Below are positions 24,480 to 33,300 of a DNA stretch of 34,144 nucleotides, piece by piece. This stretch comes from a virus (taxonomy: Duplodnaviria > Caudoviricetes): the IMG/VR virus record IMGVR_UViG_3300049472_000055, positions 1 through 34,144 of that record. One strand, given 5' to 3'. The position numbers and the translations under genes were made by a program. The notes beneath the pieces are model-generated. The model did no database searches and was not told the origin of the DNA. It was given only the letters and a program-made list of their open reading frames with translations. The stretch's first letter is position 1. Each line of letters opens with the position of its first letter.

Positions 24480-24692
24480 ATGGATCTATTCAATCTGTTC
24501 CGCCGCAAACCCGATGGTCCGGTCTGGACCGTGGCCCTGGCCGACGTGCGCGAGGCCGGGACCAACCCCCAGGGCCTGTTCACCTACGAGGTGACATGGC
24601 GCAAGGGTCCGCAGACGATGACCGGCACCTACGCCTTTCCGACCCAGAAGCCGTTGGCGAAGGTCTTGTCGCTGGCGAAGGCGGATTGCTGA
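24480..24692 (+). CDS. Hypothetical protein
   Basis: GAGG RBS; 70 aa. Confidence 0.65.
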   Translation: MDLFNLFRRKPDGPVWTVALADVREAGTNPQGLFTYEVTWRKGPQTMTGTYAFPTQKPLAKVLSLAKADC

Positions 24693-24693
24693 C

Positions 24694-25062
24694 ATGGGTC
24701 GGGCACCTGTCCCCGGCCTGACCCTCACCGGGTCGAACCTGCGCACCAGGATCATCATTCCGGCCCTGGGGGGACGCCTCATCGACCTGATCATGGCGGC
24801 AGAGCCGGCGCTGAATGCCCAGATCGCCACCGTGCTCATCCTCGGGCGTCTGCCGACCGCCACCCCCGGGCAATTCACCGATCGGGCCGGGTTCACGGTA
24901 GCCGACCCACGGCCGGACGCCGATGTGGTAGCCAACGATTACGCCCTCCGTGGCGAGCCCGTTGGGCCTGGCGAGGACTATACCAGCCCGGCCGTTGGCG
25001 ACCTGGATTCCTACTTCAAGGCCGCGGTCGACTCGCCAGCGATTGCCGTCCTGTTCTGGTAA
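24694..25062 (+). CDS. Hypothetical protein
   Basis: Fills the operon gap; 122 aa. Confidence 0.65.
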   Translation: MGRAPVPGLTLTGSNLRTRIIIPALGGRLIDLIMAAEPALNAQIATVLILGRLPTATPGQFTDRAGFTVADPRPDADVVANDYALRGEPVGPGEDYTSPAVGDLDSYFKAAVDSPAIAVLFW

Positions 25063-25068
25063 CCTCCC

Positions 25069-25089
25069 AAGTCCGGGGTGGATACCAAC
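25069..25089 (+). promoter_or_regulatory. Late motif copy 4 (AAGTCCGGGGTGGATACCAAC)
   Basis: 20 bp identical to copy 3; 51 nt before ATG 25120, which has a GAGGA RBS. Confidence 0.78.
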
Positions 25090-25119
25090 ACGTTTGCTGA
25101 TCTCTTTGGCGAGGAACCT

Positions 25120-27360
25120 ATGGTAGACTTTGCCCCACAGATTTCTGGACCAGGCTCCATCGTGGCGGATCCGTCGCGGCCCATGGCCGAGGAACCAAGC
25201 GCTGTCGCTGTGGCCGTGGCCGTCCCGCCGAATGAAGTGCGCGAAGGCAAGCCGCATGAGCGAGCGCTGATTCGCAAGTGGATTGAGCAGGCCCGTGTCC
25301 CGAGCTGGTTGCGCAGTGGCTGGGAGCAGTGGAAGAAAGATCGGGACTACCTGCATACCGACTGCTTCGACGCGGCTGACCCGAAGCATTTCACCGTCAA
25401 CCTGGCGGCGCGGGCGATCCAGAAGAAAGAGCAGAAGATCACGCCAACGGACGCCGATGTCAGCGTCACCCACAATCGCGGCGTGGGCAGCGTTCGCGAC
25501 GTTCGCATTGACGCGATCCGCGAAACCAAGGCCAAGTTCGAAGCCATGGGCATCCCGCCCCAGGCTCCTGTCCTGATGTTCGCTGCCGACAAAGCCGAGC
25601 AGGAATACAAGGACGAGCTGGAGGCCAAGGAGCGGTTCTGCCAGACATCAGAAGCGCTGATCAAGAAGCTCATGGACGAAGCCCGCGTTACGCCCGTGGC
25701 GCAGATGTGGGCCAAGCAGGCGATGACCGTTGGCCCGGCTTGGGTCAAGGTCGGCTGGCAGCGCAATTTCGGCAAGGACTCCCTGGGTCGTAACCGGAAT
25801 GACGACTCCCAGGACCAGCTCAAGCTGCTTGGCCTGCGCTCATCCGAATATGCCAACGGGCAGTTCGGCCAGGATGATCCGAGGTATGCCGAGCTGATCA
25901 TGCTCAGCGACTACGCCCGCCAGGTTGGCAAGGAGGTTGTCAGCGGCGAGGTTGAGCCCGGGTCTTTGCCGTTCAGCCAGTGGAAGGCCATTGCCGACAC
26001 CCGCGACAGCGAGCCGGTCCCGCCGCAGTGGCTTCCCGAGCCCGATGTCTGGCAGGGCGCGATCATCGACACCGTGAAGCCGGAGGCCATGCGCTGGGAT
26101 TGGCGCACGCCGTTTGAGCGGTGGAGCGAGACGCCATGGGTTCAAGAGCAGAACCTGATGGACGTGGATCTGTGCGCAGCGCAATACGGCATGACGCCGG
26201 CCGAGCGCGACCGGCTGGGGACGCGCAATGCCCAGATCCCTGGCCAGAACACCACCAACAGCGCAACGCCTGCGTCGACCAGCGAGGCCGCGAACCCTGA
26301 CCGCGGCTCGTTTGAGGATCAGGTTCAGCAGGGGCAAGTCGTGGTATGGGAGCGGTGGGACCGCACCCTGCGCCGCCGCTGCATTTTCGTGGAAGGGCTT
26401 GAGCGCTTCCTGGTTGACGAAGTGCCGAAGGTCGTCGGCCCCAACTTCTACCCGTATGTGCCGCTGGCATTCGACGTGTTCGACGGAGCGCATCTGCCGG
26501 TATCGACGGTCACCTTCCTGCGCAAGATCCAGAATGCGATCAACCAGCGCCTGACCGATGCGGAGGAAAGCCTGTGGGCTTCCATGAAGCGGTATCTGGT
26601 CAAGAAGAACGCCTTCAAGCCCGGCGAGATCGACAAGCTGCGCGGGGCCCTGCCCCACGATGTCATTGAAGTCGAGAGCCCCGAGGAAATCGCCAAGAGC
26701 CTGCAAGAGCTGGCCAGCGACGACTGGAACCCGGCGAAATACACGCTGGATACGCTGTTTCGGCTGTTCGAATTGGTCAGCGGCATGTCGATCTCTGAGC
26801 TGGGCGTGACCGGCCAGGCAGATTTTGCCACCGAAGCCGCCATTGCCGATGCCGCCAGCAAGGCCACCAATGATCGGCACGCGAACATCATGGCTGCCGG
26901 CCTGACCGAGGTGGCCAAGATCATCCACCACTACGCATGCACGTCCTATTCTGAGAAGACCGTGAAGGGGCTGCTGAGCAGCCGCGCCGCCTATTGGCCC
27001 CAGGCACCGACCCGGGCCGATCTGCTGCGCAGCATGAACGTCAGGGTGACCGCTGCTGGCAGCACCGAGGCTGCGCACGCCAAGGCCGCGACCCAGGTCA
27101 AGGAAGCGATGAGCGCTGTCGGCGGCGTGCTGAGCCTGCGCATGCAAACGCTCCAGCAGGGCGGCACCTTTGACGAGGGCCCGTTGCTGACTGCCATCTT
27201 CCGCACGATCAACCTCGACCGGCCGGTGCGCGAGGTCATCAGCTTCTCGCAGATGCCACAGCAACCGGCCATGCCCGGTCTACCCGGTCAACCCGGTCAA
27301 CCTCCGGCCCCTGGCCAGCCTCCGGGCCAGCCGCTGCCAGGCCCGCCGCCCGGCCCCTAA
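25120..27360 (+). CDS. Portal protein (P22-like podovirus type, by size and position)
   Basis: 746 aa before scaffold and capsid; GPAWVKVGW, VVWERWD, FYPYVP, LRKIQNAIN, ELVSGMS...G...ATEA; Pro/Gln-rich tail. Confidence 0.78.
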   Translation: MVDFAPQISGPGSIVADPSRPMAEEPSAVAVAVAVPPNEVREGKPHERALIRKWIEQARVPSWLRSGWEQWKKDRDYLHTDCFDAADPKHFTVNLAARAIQKKEQKITPTDADVSVTHNRGVGSVRDVRIDAIRETKAKFEAMGIPPQAPVLMFAADKAEQEYKDELEAKERFCQTSEALIKKLMDEARVTPVAQMWAKQAMTVGPAWVKVGWQRNFGKDSLGRNRNDDSQDQLKLLGLRSSEYANGQFGQDDPRYAELIMLSDYARQVGKEVVSGEVEPGSLPFSQWKAIADTRDSEPVPPQWLPEPDVWQGAIIDTVKPEAMRWDWRTPFERWSETPWVQEQNLMDVDLCAAQYGMTPAERDRLGTRNAQIPGQNTTNSATPASTSEAANPDRGSFEDQVQQGQVVVWERWDRTLRRRCIFVEGLERFLVDEVPKVVGPNFYPYVPLAFDVFDGAHLPVSTVTFLRKIQNAINQRLTDAEESLWASMKRYLVKKNAFKPGEIDKLRGALPHDVIEVESPEEIAKSLQELASDDWNPAKYTLDTLFRLFELVSGMSISELGVTGQADFATEAAIADAASKATNDRHANIMAAGLTEVAKIIHHYACTSYSEKTVKGLLSSRAAYWPQAPTRADLLRSMNVRVTAAGSTEAAHAKAATQVKEAMSAVGGVLSLRMQTLQQGGTFDEGPLLTAIFRTINLDRPVREVISFSQMPQQPAMPGLPGQPGQPPAPGQPPGQPLPGPPPGP

Positions 27361-27408
27361 TCGTTCGTCCCGTTCCCACCCTCAAACCATGCACTTGAGG
27401 TTTTCACT

Positions 27409-28561
27409 ATGTCCGATAACATCCCTATTAGTCCACCTGAAGGCTCGGCTGCCCCCCCCCGTGGCGCTGAGCGAACCGGGTGGAGCTGCGGCACCGGCTC
27501 CGGCCGGCACGCCCTCCGCGCCATCCGCTGCGATCAGCAGCCCAGCGCCGGCCACCGGGACCGAGGCGTTGCCCGTCCAGCAAAGCAAAGCCGATCTGGC
27601 TTTTGATGCGCTGATGGCGGATCCGACTGCCCACGACAACCCGCAACCTGGAACCGCACAGCCCGCACCCGCAGCCCCACCGGCTCCGGCTCCAGCAGCT
27701 CCGGCCCCTCCTGTCCAACCGCCCGCCAGCGAACCGCCGGCAGCGGAGCAGCATGATAGTCCCGAGCCGTCGCAAGCCGAGCTTCAGGAAGGCAAGGTCC
27801 CGCTCAAGAAGCTCCTACGCGCACTCGACGTGCGCCGTGAAGCCAAGAGCGAAGCCGAAGCCGCCAAGCAGCAGGTAGCTCAGGAGCGAGCCCTGACCGA
27901 CCGAGTGATCAACGCCTTCAATGCCGCCGGCATCAGCGCTGATCAGCTTCCGACGTTCATCGCCAACCTGACGAGGCACCGGAACGACCCGCAGGCCCAA
28001 GCCCAGTTGCTCGCATCTCTCGGGGTGCAGGCACCGAAGCAGACGCCCGCTGTCGATCTGGCCGCAGTCCGCGCACGACTGGAAGCATATGACGCTGAAG
28101 GGGCTCTTGCCCTGATCAACGCCACTGCCCAGCCGCAGCAGCCTGCACCGACGCAGCCTGTTCAGCAGGCACCGCCGGCCGTGCAACCGCCCGCTCAGCA
28201 GCCTCCGGCCAACGGCCAGAACGTGCTGATCCAGACGGTGCAAACCATGGGCTCCGTCCTTCGGGCGACCTATGGCGATCAGGAAGCGAACAGGCTTGCA
28301 ACCATGATTGACGCCGAGGCCAAGGCCCGGATTCACGAAATGGACGAGCTGGGTGCGGTCGTGTCGCCGGAAGCAGCAGCCAAGGTCTGGCAGAAGGCCC
28401 AGGGAACGGTTTTGCGCGCCGAGGCGCAGAAGCGTACAGCTCCACCGACTCCACCCCCAGCGCCACAAGCGCCACCCATCCGCCCAGCGCAGCCGCCGCC
28501 GCCGAAGCCTCTCACAGCAGATGAGAAGTTCGCGCAGCTCCAGGCCAGCGGTGGCATCTGA
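27409..28561 (+). CDS. Scaffolding protein (likely start 27409, out of frame at a C9 run; in-frame alternative start 27389)
   Basis: Pro/Ala/Gln-rich with KVPLKKL and coiled coils, between portal and capsid; GAGGT RBS precedes ATG 27409. Confidence 0.7.
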
Positions 28562-28587
28562 AGTAAACCCAAGAACAGGAATATCAC

Positions 28588-30117
28588 ATGCCCGCAGTCA
28601 TCGGTTCATCCTACGCAGCCCGCATCGCGGGCCTCGCGCGCCAGAAGGTCATGGAGCGCAAGGTCCTCGCCGGCCGCAACCCCCGTCCCCTCGTCAACTT
28701 CGCGGACGCCCGCAAGCGCAGCACCCAGTTCACTGGTGGCGGCGTGATGACTCCGATCAAGGAGCCGGCATTCAACATCAATGCGCAGGAATGGTCGGGT
28801 GCCGTCACCCTCCAGAACCCCACGCAGATCCAGAACATGCTGATGGCCGAGTTCAAGCCGTCGAACATGTTCAGCAACTTCTACTGGCCGTATGACGACC
28901 TCCGCAAGGTGAGCGGCGTCACCATCCTGCCGAACCAGAACGGTGCCCAGACCGGCGATGCGCGTGCCGTCAGCCGCGACACCAACAGCGAGCGCGTGCT
29001 GTACGATCGTCTGACCTCCGACATGGAGAGTTTCGAAGATCGCGTGAACCAGCTCCGCGACCTGGCCATCCACCGTCCCGGCACCAGCAGCGCCGACGCC
29101 CTTCCCGGCGTTCTCGCCCTGCTGCCGATCGGCAACACCGGCAAGTTCGGTGGTCTGGATCGCGAGAGCGTCCAGGCGGTCCAGCACGTCGTCTTCGCGG
29201 GTGGCATCACCCCGCAGGCCGGCATCCCCTGGATCGACGCAGCCGGCACCACAGGTGGCTCTGGCACCCTGCTGACCCAGCTGGAGAAGTTCATCCGCGT
29301 CCTGCGCAACGCTGCATTCACCTGCGGCCTGCCGAAGGGTCGTTGGAAGCTGTTCGGCGGCAGTGGCTTCTTCGACAAGCTCAAGGCGCAGTGCCGCCTG
29401 GAGAAGGTCGCGTTCAACATCGACGCCGGTTCGTCCACGTCGAAGCTGAACCTGCTCCTGCCCGATGAGCGCATCGGCCTGAGCGCCGATGACATGGACC
29501 TCCAGCTCGACTACACCCTGGACCAGCTCGACACCGAGTTTTCCAGCGAAATCGGCCTGGCTCCAAGCGTGGTGACGGCGACGTTTGCCGGTGGCACCGT
29601 TGGTGCTGCGGACTTCCGTCTGCCCAAGGGCTATGTCGTGCTGCCGGCTTCCGGTGCCATGACCCCTGGCGTTGCCAAGCTGGTGATCACCGACCCGGGC
29701 CAGTCCCTGGCTGGTACGGCCGGCACCGGCACCACGGCCCTGACTGTGACCTTCTCGGCTCCGTCGAGCGGTTCCGGCCACAGCGCAACCGTGAAGTACT
29801 TCAGCGCCACGGCCAACGCCAACACCACGACCGCCGACGCCGACGACGTGCGTATCGGCCGCATGGATGGCACGGCAACGGTCTTCGTTGCCGGCACGTC
29901 GGTATTCCCGATGACCAGCACCGCGGCCCCGGCCACCAACCGTCTCTACGCCCTGTACGAGCCGGCGTGGGAATACCTGGTCCAGGAAGGGCTCGACAAC
30001 TTCATGTCGATCCCGGCCGACAACCCGCGCAACCGCCAGCTGGAGCAGCAGTGGGACCACACCCACTCGCTCATCAACTGCGCCCCGCGTTGCAGCGGCG
30101 TGTTCGTCGCGGCCTAA
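28588..30117 (+). CDS. Major capsid protein with inserted beta-rich domain
   Basis: Position after scaffold, strong codon bias, AGGA RBS; PGVLALL...GKFGGLDRE and C-terminal LINCAPRCSGVF resemble HK97-fold podoviral capsids. Confidence 0.75.
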   Translation: MPAVIGSSYAARIAGLARQKVMERKVLAGRNPRPLVNFADARKRSTQFTGGGVMTPIKEPAFNINAQEWSGAVTLQNPTQIQNMLMAEFKPSNMFSNFYWPYDDLRKVSGVTILPNQNGAQTGDARAVSRDTNSERVLYDRLTSDMESFEDRVNQLRDLAIHRPGTSSADALPGVLALLPIGNTGKFGGLDRESVQAVQHVVFAGGITPQAGIPWIDAAGTTGGSGTLLTQLEKFIRVLRNAAFTCGLPKGRWKLFGGSGFFDKLKAQCRLEKVAFNIDAGSSTSKLNLLLPDERIGLSADDMDLQLDYTLDQLDTEFSSEIGLAPSVVTATFAGGTVGAADFRLPKGYVVLPASGAMTPGVAKLVITDPGQSLAGTAGTGTTALTVTFSAPSSGSGHSATVKYFSATANANTTTADADDVRIGRMDGTATVFVAGTSVFPMTSTAAPATNRLYALYEPAWEYLVQEGLDNFMSIPADNPRNRQLEQQWDHTHSLINCAPRCSGVFVAA

Positions 30118-30122
30118 CGGCT

Positions 30123-30209
30123 GCCCCGGGCCATGCGCCTGGGTGACTTCCTGACTCCTGGTCCACCTGGCTGGTCGCTGCATGGAGCGCCAGTCAGGTG
30201 TGGCCTTTA
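30123..30209 (+). terminator. Tandem hairpins after the capsid gene (terminator or processing site)
   Basis: CACCTGGCTGG-T-CGCT (30164-30179) pairs with AGCG-CCAGTCAGGTG (30186-30200); smaller GC hairpin near 30123-30145; only a short T run. Confidence 0.5.
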
Positions 30210-30229
30210 CCACTCCCCATGAGGATACC

Positions 30230-30655
30230 ATGACCCTCTCAAGCAAGTTCCGGCTCTACGCCATCACCATCCACGACTCCACCACCCGCGAAGCCATCGT
30301 CCCCGAATACGAAATCGGCGTGATCAAGGCAGCGTGGCGGGGCACCAACGTCACATCCGTCGTCACCAACGACGTGCGCGAGATCGTGCGGGATCCGTCG
30401 ACCGCGTATCGCAGCCTGCTCAACCGCTACAACAAGGACGCCGTGATGGCCTACTTCCCCGGGCCGGAGCGCCTGGAGCAAGATATGGACCGTGCGGCCG
30501 AGAAGACAGCCGTCTGGCTGGAAGCCAAGGAAGCCTACGAGGCTGCCGAAGAAAAGCGTGTCCGCGATCTCGCCAAGAGCGAGCGCGAGCGCGTGACCCG
30601 CGAGGAAGCTGAGGCCAAGGCGAAGGAAGCCAAGGCCGGCGGCAAGGCTGCCTAA
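30230..30655 (+). CDS. Hypothetical late protein
   Basis: GAGGA RBS before MTLSSKFRL; charged helical C-terminus. Confidence 0.75.
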   Translation: MTLSSKFRLYAITIHDSTTREAIVPEYEIGVIKAAWRGTNVTSVVTNDVREIVRDPSTAYRSLLNRYNKDAVMAYFPGPERLEQDMDRAAEKTAVWLEAKEAYEAAEEKRVRDLAKSERERVTREEAEAKAKEAKAGGKAA

Positions 30656-30658
30656 GCC

Positions 30659-31564
30659 ATGCCAGCGCCATCGTCCATGACGCTTGAAAAAGCGGTCGAA
30701 GAAGTGCTCGGCCGCATTGGTCAGCTGGATGATGGCGTGTCCAATCCCATGCTGGTGGCCGAGGCCAAGGTCCACATCAACGCCGCCCAGCGCAAGCTGA
30801 TCGTTGAGCATGGGCTTGAGGCGCAGCGCCGCAGTTTGTCCGTGTCGATCTCGGCCGGTCGTCGCTATGTCGACCTGCCGTCCGATGCCCGCCGCGGCCA
30901 GATCAGCACCGCAGTGTGGGTCGACGCTAATGGCACTGAATGGCCGTTGGTCTGTGGCGTCTCGCCAGAGAGCCGCAACTACGACCCCCAGCGGCCTGCC
31001 TGGTACGACTTCAGCCCGTCCACCGGCATTGTGAGTGTGAGCGCCACTGGCGGCAGCGGCTACACGGCTGGCTACGGCACGGTCAGTGGCGGCACGAAGG
31101 TGGCCAGCGGCCACGACCCATCCGTCATCTTCGCCGTGAATACTGGAGTTCTGGCGGGCGCATCGGTGCAAGACACGGGTGGCGGCTGGACGGTGGCCCC
31201 GACCATCACACCGCCGGCCGGATCAGGCGGAACCGTGGTTGTCACCCTGGGCCCGGTCACCTTGGTAGACCTGTGCCCAATCCCGTCCGAAGCCGGCACG
31301 CTGGTGATGGAGTATCAGGCCACCGTCAGCCGCCTGGAGAACGACGAGGATCTTCTGTCGCTGGACGACGAGGCCGTGATCTGCCGCGCCGCGGTCCTGC
31401 TCGCTGTCACCAAGAACCTGCCGTGCGCCAACAGCGTGACGCAAGACTTCACCGCCTATATGTCGGCTTTCAGGTCGCAGCAGACGCCTGGCCGGAAGGT
31501 CAACCTGTCGTCCTGGCGGCGCGATGCCGTTGTTGGAGTTGATCGTCGGTACAGGACCGCCTAA
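30659..31564 (+). CDS. Head-tail adaptor / tail tubular protein A-like with inserted domain
   Basis: INAAQRKL...GRRYVDLPSD...P.WY...LCPIPSEA...EY adaptor pattern; position after capsid. Confidence 0.7.
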   Translation: MPAPSSMTLEKAVEEVLGRIGQLDDGVSNPMLVAEAKVHINAAQRKLIVEHGLEAQRRSLSVSISAGRRYVDLPSDARRGQISTAVWVDANGTEWPLVCGVSPESRNYDPQRPAWYDFSPSTGIVSVSATGGSGYTAGYGTVSGGTKVASGHDPSVIFAVNTGVLAGASVQDTGGGWTVAPTITPPAGSGGTVVVTLGPVTLVDLCPIPSEAGTLVMEYQATVSRLENDEDLLSLDDEAVICRAAVLLAVTKNLPCANSVTQDFTAYMSAFRSQQTPGRKVNLSSWRRDAVVGVDRRYRTA

Positions 31565-33300
31565 TGCCTACCAAGCAGCTCGGGCCATTCCGCGGCATCG
31601 ACGCCAGGCCGGGCGCTGCCGACAAAGCCGGCGGTCTGCTGGAGGCGCTGAACGTCATCGTTGCGGCCGATGGTGGACTCGTCCGTCGTCCGGCGCTGAC
31701 CGCTCGGGCAACCCTGCCGGCTGACTCCAAGGGGCTCTATGCCGTTGGCGATCAGCTGCGCACATTGGCCCCGTACCAGATCACAGCATCGACCACTACA
31801 AGCGGGACCAACAACGTCGGCGGCACCCAGCTAAACGTGGTCACCACCACCGGATTCCCGGCCAGCGGGTTCGTGACCACCATCGACGGCGATGTTATTC
31901 GGGAATACCCCTACGCATCGAAAACCGGGACGGCGTTCATCTTCCCGACCGTGCCGACTGCTGTCGTTTTGGTGTCCACGCTCGTGGCCGGTAAGGCAGT
32001 TCGATACGACGACTGCGCACAGGACAACGACCTGACGCCGACGATCTATGTCGACTACATCACCGATCCAACGCCGGACACGCTGGACACCGTGCTTGGC
32101 ACCATCATTGGATCGGACGGCCGGTCTATTTCGCTGACCAGATACGCGAACCGATCGACGGCCATTCACCGATCGCCGCTGACTGGTGAGCCACCGCAGA
32201 CGGACACGCTGGTTCCTGCCCTGGGGTTCACCCCGGACTTCTCCATCGTCAGAGCTGCCGGCCGTGCATTTGCCCTGGACGCAACGTTGCGGTATCTGCG
32301 GTATTCAGCGGTCGACAGCGCCAATCCCGATCGGCTGCTGGATTTCGGCCAGACGCTCTACCCGGTCCCCGACACTGACCCCATCGTCTACACCACATCT
32401 GTGGACCAGACGAGCGGTGCCGGCTTTCTGGAGGTCAGCCAATTCGCCAGCGGCGCAGGCAGCCCCCAGGGCCTGGCGCTGTTTGGTGGTCGCATGGTCG
32501 TTCTTTACCGGAGCGCCTTGCTGATCTACCGCATCGACGTGGACCAGTCGCGGTTCTTCCTGGAACAGCAGATCACTGGTCCCGGCACCAGCGCACCGCG
32601 CAGCGTTGCCGAGCTTGGAGCCGACACCATCTTCCTGTCGGAAGCCGGCGTTCGTGTGATCTCGACAGTGATGCAGACGCTTGATGCGCGAGAAGACGCC
32701 ATCGGCGGTCGCATCGACCACCTGGCCAAGCAGTTCGCGGCGAATGACACCATCACGCCGGTAGGCTGTTACTCCCGGCGGCTGGGCTGCTACCTACTGG
32801 CATTCGGACAAGACGTGCTGTGCCTGGGCGTCCTGCCTGGCAGCGCCATCCTGGGGTGGACCCGCTGGCGTCTGCCGGTGCCAGTTGATGCCTGGGCCGA
32901 GTCGAGTGGCCTTCAGTGGATGCGCAGTGGGACGACACTCTATGCCTTTGAAGACGGCGAGGATCAAGACGAAACGAGCCTTGGCGTCTATGTCAATGTT
33001 CCGGTTCTGGTCGAAACCCTGCCGATGCGCGGCACAACCCAGAACATCGCCACGGCAGTTTCTGCGGCTGCCACCGAGCCCATCATGGTTCAGGTGGTAG
33101 CGGATGGCAGGCCCGGGGTGGATAACAACGGCGCACCCATTGGACTACCCATTACCTTGCCTCCGCGTGCGCCTGAGCCGGCGCGTGCGATTCTCAGCAA
33201 GCTGGGAAGGACATTCAGCGTGCGCGTCTATGACGAAGCTGCCGTCGCTGGATGGCGGTTGGACAATCTCTGGCTGGATGTCGATCCGGTGAGGGCCTAA
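31564..33300 (+). CDS. Tail nozzle / tubular protein B or P22 gp10-like stabilization protein
   Basis: FRGID...LNV...GGLVRRP N-terminus; GTSAPRSV...IFLS..GV; GWTRW beta-propeller features. Confidence 0.7.
   Translation: MPTKQLGPFRGIDARPGAADKAGGLLEALNVIVAADGGLVRRPALTARATLPADSKGLYAVGDQLRTLAPYQITASTTTSGTNNVGGTQLNVVTTTGFPASGFVTTIDGDVIREYPYASKTGTAFIFPTVPTAVVLVSTLVAGKAVRYDDCAQDNDLTPTIYVDYITDPTPDTLDTVLGTIIGSDGRSISLTRYANRSTAIHRSPLTGEPPQTDTLVPALGFTPDFSIVRAAGRAFALDATLRYLRYSAVDSANPDRLLDFGQTLYPVPDTDPIVYTTSVDQTSGAGFLEVSQFASGAGSPQGLALFGGRMVVLYRSALLIYRIDVDQSRFFLEQQITGPGTSAPRSVAELGADTIFLSEAGVRVISTVMQTLDAREDAIGGRIDHLAKQFAANDTITPVGCYSRRLGCYLLAFGQDVLCLGVLPGSAILGWTRWRLPVPVDAWAESSGLQWMRSGTTLYAFEDGEDQDETSLGVYVNVPVLVETLPMRGTTQNIATAVSAAATEPIMVQVVADGRPGVDNNGAPIGLPITLPPRAPEPARAILSKLGRTFSVRVYDEAAVAGWRLDNLWLDVDPVRA
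33109..33129 (+). promoter_or_regulatory. Late motif copy 5 (AGGCCCGGGGTGGATAACAAC), intragenic
   Basis: CCGGGGTGGATA-CAAC match; about 190 nt before the tail fibre start. Confidence 0.5.

Noticed and set aside
27260-28510. Pro/Gln/Ala repeats in the portal tail and scaffold
   Set aside because: Ordinary low-complexity protein linkers, not DNA-level elements
25840-30246. Long minus-strand ORFs 25840..27264 and 28606..30246
   Set aside because: Shadow frames of GC3-rich portal and capsid genes; no RBS or protein-like motifs
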